Shown here piece after piece: positions 38,878 through 46,975 of a DNA stretch of 53,150 nt. Position numbers and translations under genes: made by a program. Source of the stretch: Patescibacteria group bacterium. GTDB lineage: Bacteria; Patescibacteriota; Microgenomatia; UBA12405. The number at the start of each line of letters is the position of its first letter. Position 1 is the stretch's first letter. The notes beneath the pieces are model-generated. The model was given only the letters and a program-made list of their open reading frames with translations, did not search any database and had not been told where the DNA came from. The DNA lies in contig JBMNON010000007.1 in assembly GCA_050943115.1 (NCBI GenBank), positions 1 to 53,150 of the forward strand, written 5' to 3'.

Positions 38878-38932
38878 TTTGTGTTTCGTCCTATTGGACT
38901 CGTCAGTATAGAGGAACATCTATAAACACAAA
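38878..38932 (-). ncRNA. Type III hammerhead ribozyme (HHR2)
   Basis: Minus strand: UUUGUGUU^UAUAGA-UGUUCC-UCUAUA CUGACGA GUCC-AAUA-GGAC GAA ACACAAA. Complete core, GUU cleavage triplet, 6-bp stem I, 4-bp stem II, 7-bp stem III. Predicted cut between 38925 and 38924. Confidence 0.9.
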
Positions 38933-39013
38933 CAAAACCCAAACCAGGGAACCGAGAGACTAATAAGTCGCAGTAAGACCTCCCGTCTCTCGGTCCCAAG
39001 GATTGGGTTTGTG
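38932..39013 (-). other. Long imperfect RNA hairpin between HTH gene stop and HHR2
   Basis: ACCCAA/UUGGGU, GGGACCGAGAGAC/GUCUCUCGGUUCC (13 bp, one G-U) and apical GUC/GAC stems. Confidence 0.82.
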
Positions 39014-39580
39014 CTAGCCTAATGTCTCGAGGTACCTATCGACACTGTCCTGGTCGACGTGCCAACGCTTAGCAGCTCCATCTCCAGTTGTCGATGCCTG
39101 AAGTGTACCCTCGTCGATTAGTTGAACCACCTTGTAGTCGGGAAGACTGAGTCTCCGAGCTGTGCTAGTTAAACTATCTGCTCTGTACGGTGCTCCCCGA
39201 CCTTTCCTCTTTGGAGGTTGTGTTAGTTCACTGCCAGGTTTTGGTGTCATGACTTCTTTGTCGTTTCGATGAAAAGAGAAGCCAGACTCCTCCCGCTGGA
39301 GACGCAAACCCATGACCCTGTAGATATAACTCTCAAGCCACTGATTGAACTCAGATATCGTATCGAGAAACCTATCAGTACCAGTGATCCTAACCACGTA
39401 CGATTCGAGCTCATCATCGGAGATGAACACGACATGGCTACCCGATTCGCTTTTGACAAGAAAGCCGCCGATCAGGCAGGAAGCCAGGATTTGTCGAACC
39501 TCCTTCTTGTTTGGAGTACCACAATAGTAGCAATAGTTAACCGTTATGGCGACTTCCCGTCCACACTCAAAGCACTTCAT
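39014..39580 (-). CDS. Zn-ribbon plus C-terminal excisionase-type HTH protein
   Basis: N-terminal CFEC...CYYC; C-terminal SLTSTARRLSLPDYKVVQLIDEGTLQAS...KRWHVDQDSVDRYLE; SD AAGGAG. Confidence 0.78.
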   Translation of the reverse strand: MKCFECGREVAITVNYCYYCGTPNKKEVRQILASCLIGGFLVKSESGSHVVFISDDELESYVVRITGTDRFLDTISEFNQWLESYIYRVMGLRLQREESGFSFHRNDKEVMTPKPGSELTQPPKRKGRGAPYRADSLTSTARRLSLPDYKVVQLIDEGTLQASTTGDGAAKRWHVDQDSVDRYLETLG

Positions 39581-39603
39581 GTTCTGTTCTCCTTTTGAGA
39601 TTT

Positions 39604-39659
39604 ATTGGGGCGACCTTGATGCTTAATAACTATTATGTAAGCACTAAGGCCGCCCCAAT
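39604..39659 (-). other. Rod-like hairpin in the 5' leader of the HTH gene
   Basis: AUUGGGGCGGCCUU/AAGGUCGCCCCAAU (14 bp, one G-U) plus UGCUUA/UAAGCA, ending shortly before the SD. Confidence 0.75.
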
Positions 39660-39981
39660 TACAGGCTAGTACTATTTGTTAACGAACATAATTATAAATT
39701 GTTGTTTCTTATAATTATGGCCGAAATTATCCCATATTATGATAATATAGTCAATACTACAGGTCTATTTTGTGTTAAGTTTTATAGTAATTAGACAGGG
39801 CTGAATAATGTTTTAGTTGTAAAACAGAGAGTGTGTGCAAAACCGAATCCATTCTTTTACAATACTAGAGAGAATAATTTGGATTTAGTCAAATTATACC
39901 TATTTAACCGTCTTCTTTATTTACTTTAAAAATGAATGGATCTAGAACCAATAACTCTTGCGATCATACCCTAGCTTATTT

Positions 39982-40470
39982 TTAACGTATTGTCTTACAA
40001 ACCAAGTCGACATCTTCCAATCCAGTGGTTTCACAAAAGAGACGCCTGACATCTTTTGCTTTTCGGTTGCTAACTATCCAGACTTGGAATTTTGCAACTT
40101 CTGGCTCCTGATGAAGCATTTGTTCTTCGGTAGGGTGTGTTTTTATTTGAGCACAGTAACTTGCACCTATCGGAGTGTTCATCCAGCAATCCCAACGTGG
40201 ACTAGAAGAGGAACTGTAAGGTAACAGCCCGTCTGTAAAAATTAATTTTGTTGTTCCAGCACCAGCACCGTAATAGGCATTTTCATCAACCTTTGGGGAA
40301 TTAAGATGAAGAACGTGGGTAAAGTCCTTTCCTGCAATTAGATTGATGAAGATTTCAAAGGGAACCTGCCTGATGGCTAACAATTCTTGCTGAGACGGTC
40401 TACGGGTTAGTTCTTCTCCTAGACTAAACACTTGAACGGGACGACCTGACATTTGTTCTTGTGTTCGCAT
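39982..40470 (-). CDS. Hypothetical protein
   Basis: 162-aa ORF; no family recognised. Confidence 0.55.
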   Translation of the reverse strand: MRTQEQMSGRPVQVFSLGEELTRRPSQQELLAIRQVPFEIFINLIAGKDFTHVLHLNSPKVDENAYYGAGAGTTKLIFTDGLLPYSSSSSPRWDCWMNTPIGASYCAQIKTHPTEEQMLHQEPEVAKFQVWIVSNRKAKDVRRLFCETTGLEDVDLVCKTIR

Positions 40471-40767
40471 GTTTATACTAATTTATATGGAGATATTATT
40501 GCAGTTATCGTCTTATATGTCAATGTTATAGGTTTATTTTCTACTTCTAGGTTATTGTGGAAAACTGGTATAGAAAACGTTTTATATCTTAAATAGAAAA
40601 TTTAATATGTGACAAATTGATACTAATTTACCACCATAATCGAGGATTGCAATGTTAACATAACCGGTTAATTCGTGCGAATATTCGAAGTTTTTGAGGA
40701 TTTTAAGTTCATTAGTCAACTACGGGAAGAGGTGGATAAAGTACGGCCAATAGCAACGACCTAGCAT

Positions 40768-41376
40768 CTATTTCTTTTGAGCTAGAATTATTAGATGTTT
40801 TTCATTCCCCGATGTATCAACCTCCGAAAAGATAATTTCGAAGTTAGCATTTTTTACTAGCTCAAGATTCTTTTTTACCCCATAATGGCTCCATTCCATC
40901 CCACCTCCAAAAAAATCATCTTCTTTTCCCTCCCATTCAGAAGCTCCCATCGTGATTAAAAGATATCCATCTTTTTTCAAGAAAGAGTTAATTTTATGCA
41001 AGATGTCTTCGTGTGTTTCTCTTTTGGTATGAAATATGGCATAAAACGACACAACGGCATCTACGCTATATTCTCCATCTCTCATCAATGACATATCTTC
41101 GACCTTGAAATTTCCTTGGGGTACGTTTTTCTTTGCTAACTCTATTTGTTTTTCAGAAATATCTATACCCATTACACTATGTCCTTTTTCAACAAAGAAG
41201 CGATCAACGGGTATCCCTGCGCCACAGCCAATGTCCAAAATGTGGGATTTGGGAGATAAAATCGCATTTAACTTTTCAAGATATTTATCGTTTTTAAACT
41301 GATCTCGGCTAGCAAGATAATTCCCGGCAAGTTTGTTATATTGGTTTTTTACAAAACTATTTGACACAACACTCAT
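40768..41376 (-). CDS. Class I SAM-dependent methyltransferase
   Basis: ILDIGCGAG, GIDISEKQIELAK, DAVVSFYAIFH, LKKDGYLLIT. Confidence 0.92.
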   Translation of the reverse strand: MSVVSNSFVKNQYNKLAGNYLASRDQFKNDKYLEKLNAILSPKSHILDIGCGAGIPVDRFFVEKGHSVMGIDISEKQIELAKKNVPQGNFKVEDMSLMRDGEYSVDAVVSFYAIFHTKRETHEDILHKINSFLKKDGYLLITMGASEWEGKEDDFFGGGMEWSHYGVKKNLELVKNANFEIIFSEVDTSGNEKHLIILAQKK

Positions 41377-41601
41377 TATATCGGAATCGCACCCTTGAGA
41401 TTATTGAGAACTATCAGGGCCATCCTGTTTCTAGGCTAATATATTTATGCTCCCTAGTTCTAAAAACTTTATATTAGCTTTTAGCAAGATAAATAAAGCT
41501 TTTTTGAATATAACCGAGATGGAAACAGTCAAGGCAAGGTGGGGTGAGATCAAAAGAATTCAGAAATCGTATCAAGTAAACTCAAACATGGCTACATCAC
41601 T

Positions 41602-41633
41602 CTAAAACATTAATAATTATTAATGTTTTGTCT
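41602..41633. repeat. Palindromic 32-bp repeat, copy 1
   Basis: CTAAAACATTAATAATTATTAATGTTTTGTCT; 26-bp perfect palindrome core. Confidence 0.9.
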
Positions 41634-43369
41634 TATAGATTATTTAGCTTATTAGCCAAGGCTTCCTGCTCTTTATATAACTCTTCGTCTTTGTATGTGT
41701 AATTTATTTCAGACTGGCTGAGCCATTGATTACTTTCCATCTTGGTAACAATAGTTTGAATGTTGCCGATTCTTATTGAAATGATCTCGTTAATTCGATC
41801 GTAATCTGCCTTATTTCTTTCATAAGCACTACCCCACTCTTTGACCTTCTGCCAACTGGGCTGAATATCCCGCAAGCTATTTAATACCGACTTCCAGCCA
41901 TCAATATCTGACTTTTTATAATTTGGAGGAACATAACCTCCGAACTCGTTAACTACCACCTGAACTTCGCAATCATTGATTTTTCCTACATAAACCCCAA
42001 GCCCGATATCCTGGAATCGTTTATCCAGGAGGTTTTCTTTTGTTTCATATTCCAGCCAGTAATTGGCAAGTTCTTCGGCGTCATAATAGCCAGTGGTACT
42101 GATTTCTCCGGTAAGAATATTATTATAACCGGCATCTTTAATAGCTTTGTCATAAGGGTATTTGCTTTTATCTTTTTCCAACTTACCAACTTCATTATTT
42201 TCAATAATTGATTTGGCTCGGGCGAGGGCGGCTTTTTCCAACTTTTCATTTCTCTTTAGCGGCTTTAGATTATTGTCGGTTCTTATTTTATTTATATGAG
42301 TGTAGTAATCGTCAATATTAAAAGAAGGTAATCCATGACTATCACCGTCTTTGCTAGCATCACGTTGTCTACTAATTAACTCTGCTTGTTTGCCAACGGG
42401 CAAGATACTACTGATTTCATTTAGTGATACAAAGCCTAGTTCTCGTGAATCTTTACTGCGTTTGCGATTATCACCCATGACAAAGACATAACCGTCGGGA
42501 ACGACAACCTTTTTACACTCACCTAAAAAAGCTGCCCCGAATGTGGATCTTGGCTTAGCAATATAAGGTTCTTTGACGATTTGACCGTTTAGGTAATAAT
42601 AACCGTCGCGTATTTCTATCTCATCTCCAGCAATTGCCACAACCCTTTTGACATAATCATTGACCTGACCTTGATCATTGGCGGTTCTACCAGAGCTGAA
42701 TATGACAATATCTCCCTTTTGAGGCTTGCTAATTAGCTTGTTAATAAATGAATAGCTATACATTTTGATACTCTCTTTATCTAGAATGGTCGGATTCATT
42801 GAATTACCAAGCACATCTCTTGAAAATGAAGTAAGCCCAAAGATATAGAAAAGGCCAAAGAAACCTATTATCCACATAGGCAATAAAATAAAGAAGCCAA
42901 AAAGTGTGTCACCAAGATTCCGCATAACAACAAAAGGTAAGAATACTAATGACCCGACGAATCGTAACATCTTCTTAAATCTATTTAGGTGGGGGTTGGT
43001 AGCAAGGGAATAATGAAGAGCAAAGGAAACCGTCATTACAATGAATGCAATTATTCCAACAACGACAATAGAAATGAGGCTTATTTGGGAGTAAATACTC
43101 GTAAGGTTCTTATCACTGGTATTAGACAGGACAACCGCGACTACGCCGAACATAGGCATGCTAATAAGCCAAATTATTCTGGATAAGGAAGCTGCTTTCA
43201 TCCATTTGGATTTTTTTGGCTTGGTACGGTTTGGGTTTTTATCACATGTTAGCTCGTGGCTGTCTGATTCCTTTTTTGTTTCAAACTCCTGTTGGCAATA
43301 ATCACAAGTCCAGACATAATCTTTTTTAACTTTTGTTTTTTGGGGCTTTAACTCGTGTCCTGATTTCAC
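41633..43369 (-). CDS. Fusion protein: Zn finger, TM segments, signal peptidase I (S26) domain, CAP/SCP domain
   Basis: CDYC..F.....HE..C; catalytic GNSMNPT and YVKRV, GDNR..SKDSR; CAP-like INKIR....L.RNEKLE.AA...GE.....W...ENLL...IGLG. Confidence 0.85.
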   Translation of the reverse strand: MKSGHELKPQKTKVKKDYVWTCDYCQQEFETKKESDSHELTCDKNPNRTKPKKSKWMKAASLSRIIWLISMPMFGVVAVVLSNTSDKNLTSIYSQISLISIVVVGIIAFIVMTVSFALHYSLATNPHLNRFKKMLRFVGSLVFLPFVVMRNLGDTLFGFFILLPMWIIGFFGLFYIFGLTSFSRDVLGNSMNPTILDKESIKMYSYSFINKLISKPQKGDIVIFSSGRTANDQGQVNDYVKRVVAIAGDEIEIRDGYYYLNGQIVKEPYIAKPRSTFGAAFLGECKKVVVPDGYVFVMGDNRKRSKDSRELGFVSLNEISSILPVGKQAELISRQRDASKDGDSHGLPSFNIDDYYTHINKIRTDNNLKPLKRNEKLEKAALARAKSIIENNEVGKLEKDKSKYPYDKAIKDAGYNNILTGEISTTGYYDAEELANYWLEYETKENLLDKRFQDIGLGVYVGKINDCEVQVVVNEFGGYVPPNYKKSDIDGWKSVLNSLRDIQPSWQKVKEWGSAYERNKADYDRINEIISIRIGNIQTIVTKMESNQWLSQSEINYTYKDEELYKEQEALANKLNNL

Positions 43370-43559
43370 TACGTTTAGTATATTACAAAAACTATAAGAT
43401 ACGTTTCATTAAATCTATTAATCTAAGCTGAAATTTTGAGAAATAATTCAAATAAACTTATACTTGAGTCTTATATCAATTTTTGCAAAGTCTTTTGGAA
43501 TTGATTAAATTTTGAACCTAATAAAATAGTGCTTATGTTTCATATTAAGTGGTCCTGTC

Positions 43560-43591
43560 CTAAAACATTAATAATTATTAATGTTTTATCT
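43560..43591. repeat. Palindromic 32-bp repeat, copy 2
   Basis: CTAAAACATTAATAATTATTAATGTTTTATCT; 31/32 identical to copy 1; 28-bp perfect palindrome 43561-43588. Confidence 0.9.
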
Positions 43592-43593
43592 GG

Positions 43594-44037
43594 TTATGCC
43601 TGTTGCCTTTTAAGAGCTTTCCAATCCAAGAATTCTACCTCACCACTTTCATCAACCAAAAATACATATAAGTTTAGTTTGTCACAGACATCATAAGGCA
43701 AACGTCTTTTTACTAGATCTCTAAAAGAAGCGGGGTAGCCTACCCCATATTTATATCTATATTTATAGCCTCTGGCTCCAGCTGACCTCATGCGGGTTAC
43801 AATCTGTCCAATAGCTAAATTAAAATTGACTTCTCTATGTGAGTTGGGAAATTTGGCTTTCGGGCTAGCATCACCTTTGCATTCAATTAACCAATAACGA
43901 GAAACTTTATCATTCCTAACTTTGATATCTACTCCATGCTCCTTTAGAGTTTTTGATTTTAGACTTTTACTCCAACCGTTTGTAGTTAGGTAATCGATAA
44001 TCCTTTCTTGAACAAAATCTTCTGTTAATAGAGTCAT
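43594..44037 (-). CDS. PD-(D/E)XK restriction-endonuclease-like protein
   Basis: ED.VQ..I..YL...GW, GVDIKV, LIECKG, AIGQI motif order. Confidence 0.75.
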   Translation of the reverse strand: MTLLTEDFVQERIIDYLTTNGWSKSLKSKTLKEHGVDIKVRNDKVSRYWLIECKGDASPKAKFPNSHREVNFNLAIGQIVTRMRSAGARGYKYRYKYGVGYPASFRDLVKRRLPYDVCDKLNLYVFLVDESGEVEFLDWKALKRQQA

Positions 44038-44038
44038 G

Positions 44039-45157
44039 TTAGTTAGGTATTCTGCTTGCTAATAAATTATGCAGTGTCCGGTCTTCAATTTTGAATAACT
44101 CATTTTTAATACCCGATATATTTTTTCCAATAAATATTTCCGGAGCATCAGGATTGATGATGTAATGCTCTACATTACTAAAACCTAACTCACGAAGTTT
44201 ATTAAGTAAACAAACTACAAAAAAGTTTATCGATATATAGAAGTAAGGTTCCCTCGGTTTAATAATATTTATCAAATCCTTAAAGATGAAATCATCACTA
44301 TATACAGTATCTCCATGGATAATCTTGTTTCTTAGTTTATAGAATTCCTCTGCCCAAATCTGGTGTAAGGTCAGTTGTTCATAACCTGTAACTTTACCGT
44401 AATTTACTATTGGATATTTATACTGTGTAAATTTTTTTGAGTACCCAATGGTTGAATATTTGAGAATATTGTTTCTAAGTTGAGGTCGCCCTGTCTCTCC
44501 GAATAATAATTCAAAAGCCATAACCATTAGTAAAATTCTTGAATGCCAAGATTGTTCATGACTATTCCGATAGGCATTAAAAAGCGGATTTAACGACTGA
44601 ATAATTTGGCTTTTACCTTTATTTGTTGATGAATTTGTCAGACAATCTTCTAAAGCATTTAGTATTTTCAAATCAGGATTGAAACTAATTGGTAGATTTA
44701 CATGCTCAGGTTTTTGAAACGCAACCTGTCCAATCTGATATCCGCCAGTAGTTATACGATGAATCGCTCCGGCTTGGGTAGAAATGCCAGTCTCACCAAC
44801 TATGAATCTCTGATAGAAAACTTCAAAGTTATCACTAGTAATAAATGACCATTGATTATTCTCCAAAATCCCAAGTAGTAGAAGTATATTTTTTAGTGAT
44901 TCGATTTTTGATATGGTTAACTGAGTTGGGTTAGAAAAGTTTATTTTATCGCCAGTAATTATTGCAGGATTTGGTACGGGATTTCCTTTGTAAAGCTGAT
45001 AGCAGCCTATTAGTTTATCAATGTGAGTTCTCAGGGCAGTATCCTTTATAAGCTTTATTTTGAATTTATTGTAAGGCCATAATTTCAATCCATTAAACTG
45101 AACCATTCCATTAAGTGGTAGATATGGCAGTAGAATTATTGTTTTATATACTTTCAT
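44039..45157 (-). CDS. HEPN-domain protein (ApeA-like architecture)
   Basis: N-terminal alpha/beta region; C-terminal MAFELLFG...FYKLRNKIIHG with the Rx4H motif. Confidence 0.72.
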   Translation of the reverse strand: MKVYKTIILLPYLPLNGMVQFNGLKLWPYNKFKIKLIKDTALRTHIDKLIGCYQLYKGNPVPNPAIITGDKINFSNPTQLTISKIESLKNILLLLGILENNQWSFITSDNFEVFYQRFIVGETGISTQAGAIHRITTGGYQIGQVAFQKPEHVNLPISFNPDLKILNALEDCLTNSSTNKGKSQIIQSLNPLFNAYRNSHEQSWHSRILLMVMAFELLFGETGRPQLRNNILKYSTIGYSKKFTQYKYPIVNYGKVTGYEQLTLHQIWAEEFYKLRNKIIHGDTVYSDDFIFKDLINIIKPREPYFYISINFFVVCLLNKLRELGFSNVEHYIINPDAPEIFIGKNISGIKNELFKIEDRTLHNLLASRIPN

Positions 45158-45861
45158 AATTCATCAGTAAGAACTGCCAATTCATCAATAGTTTTTCCTG
45201 TTCCTTTTTGGGCTATGTATTCCAAAAAATTAAATACGTGGTTCGTAATCCCCTTAAATTCTGGAATAATAAATGGTCGATGTAGAGAATAGTTTCGTTT
45301 AACCAAGAGGTAATCGAGTAATTGTTTACTATTAGGATATGGAGTCGTCATTCTAGTAATTCCATCTAGCTTCTGACCTTTTTCTTTTTTCTTGGCTGCT
45401 ATTTCGTCAGTAGATTGTTTATTATCAAAGTCCGTAAAATCTATAAGACTTGGTAAGTGGTCTTTGATATAACCCAGCATAACAACTTCAGTAGGGTCTA
45501 GCTTACTTTTATTCTGGCTTAATTTTAATGGATGGACCAAACCATTTGGAACTGGTTGCTTAATTTTGTTGATAGCGTAGCCTTTAGCCAAAAATATCCC
45601 CTTAAATAGGTACTCACAACCTAATGAGGTAAAAGCGTTTTCTAACCGAGGATTTTTCAATATTTCTTGACGTTTTCTTTCATCCCATGGAGTATGGATA
45701 TTAGAAAGTCTTTGGGCTTCTTTAATCAAATAGGCTCCTGTCCTAATAAAATCGTCCGATTCTTGAGATGTGAATATATGTCTTACAAACGAACTATTTT
45801 TGAACTTATCTATTGACGGATTAAACCATAATCTATTTATCTGATTATGAAGTAGTGCCAT
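45154..45861 (-). CDS. Putative HEPN-like protein
   Basis: SLGCEYLFKGIFL helix (ExxxK) and KRNYSLH (Rx4H); ATGA overlap with the next gene. Confidence 0.55.
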   Translation of the reverse strand: MALLHNQINRLWFNPSIDKFKNSSFVRHIFTSQESDDFIRTGAYLIKEAQRLSNIHTPWDERKRQEILKNPRLENAFTSLGCEYLFKGIFLAKGYAINKIKQPVPNGLVHPLKLSQNKSKLDPTEVVMLGYIKDHLPSLIDFTDFDNKQSTDEIAAKKKEKGQKLDGITRMTTPYPNSKQLLDYLLVKRNYSLHRPFIIPEFKGITNHVFNFLEYIAQKGTGKTIDELAVLTDEL

Positions 45862-46021
45862 ATTAGCTAGCTAACTAGCTCTCAGAGATTCATAATATCC
45901 GAAAACTTTATTTGGGAATCTAGTTCTCGAAATGTGGTTCGATAATCTTTGACCCTTCTAATTATCAGATAATATTTTGTTTAGGTTTTTGCAGCCGTGA
46001 TTAGTTATTCGAGGAAAGCGG

Positions 46022-46693
46022 TTAATCAAAAAAATTACCTACAAGACAGGACTCAATGATTTGATCCATTGATTGTCCTCTTAATGTTTGGATATAGCTT
46101 TCTAGTTCTTTGAGGTCAGGTTTATCGTTGCCTTCGGGGTTGGTGAGAACGACCAAGGATTCTTTGAGTTTTTCAATTTTTTCTTTGGGTAACCCTCTTT
46201 TTTGGAGATTTTCACCATAATAGTGGTAGAACATGAAATGATTTAGTTCGTGCTTGGCAACGCTTAAATGTTTTTCGGCTGTATTGTTGCGGTAGGTCAT
46301 AAACCAACGGTCTTCGAAAGAGTAGGGCTGGATGGTTAGTGTGGTTAAATAAACAGTAATTTTGTCAAAGGAAAATGGTTTGCCATAAACTGATTCGAGA
46401 ACATTGATGATTTCGTCTTGATGAGTATTAAGTAATGTTTCTATCCCCAAAACCAAAAGAGGGGTGGTGTTGAGGTAACTTTTAGGTAAAGTTGTTAAAA
46501 AATCGGTTATTATCTCCTTGGCATCTTGTTTAGTTTTGGCTTTAGCAATTTCCTTTCTAAATTGTTCGGGTAGTGTGGCTAGAAGTTTAGTTTGAATATT
46601 ATCACGCCCATGCTTGAGATAAGTGAACTTCCAAACTGAATTTAAATAGTTATTAGTATCTTTATCGATTGAGTAGTCAACAATAAATTTCAT
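46022..46693 (-). CDS. Hypothetical protein with HExxH zincin-like motif
   Basis: VAKHELNHFMFY followed by KESL; TATACT 5 nt upstream of ATG. Confidence 0.65.
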   Translation of the reverse strand: MKFIVDYSIDKDTNNYLNSVWKFTYLKHGRDNIQTKLLATLPEQFRKEIAKAKTKQDAKEIITDFLTTLPKSYLNTTPLLVLGIETLLNTHQDEIINVLESVYGKPFSFDKITVYLTTLTIQPYSFEDRWFMTYRNNTAEKHLSVAKHELNHFMFYHYYGENLQKRGLPKEKIEKLKESLVVLTNPEGNDKPDLKELESYIQTLRGQSMDQIIESCLVGNFFD

Positions 46694-46719
46694 GATTTAG
46701 TATAAATGAATTTTTTTTC

Positions 46720-46806
46720 GTAAAGCGCTGACACCTATATGGTGTTTTTAGAGGTGAGCCCTCCCACTTGGGGTAGGAGGGCTCCTCCGATGCTTCAGCG
46801 CTCTAC
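46720..46806 (-). ncRNA. Three-way-junction RNA structure downstream of the peptide gene (function unknown)
   Basis: P1 GUAGAGCGCU/AGCGCUUUAC, P2 GAG-GAGCCCUCC/GGAGGGCUC-ac-CUC, P3 ACACC/GGUGU. Confidence 0.55.
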
Positions 46807-46818
46807 GCTCCCTCTGGT

Positions 46819-46974
46819 TCAGCCGTCAGAGCTGTCGCAGTAGTCGCAGGCATCCTGATCACAGGAGTCGCTATCGCAACCCCCGTAGTCGCAGCTGCCT
46901 CCACCACTGTCGCAGGAGTCGCAGGCCGTCATGACAACCTGCTCGTCATCGATGAGAGAGATAATGTGGTTCAT
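46819..46974 (-). CDS. Putative RiPP precursor peptide, 51 aa with seven Cys-Asp motifs (absent from the ORF track)
   Basis: MNHIISLIDDEQVVMTACDSCDSGGGSCDYGGCDSDSCDQDACDYCDSSDG*; SD AAGGAG inside the last codons of the rSAM gene; starts 1 nt after its TGA. Confidence 0.85.
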   Translation of the reverse strand: MNHIISLIDDEQVVMTACDSCDSGGGSCDYGGCDSDSCDQDACDYCDSSDG

Positions 46975-46975
46975 G

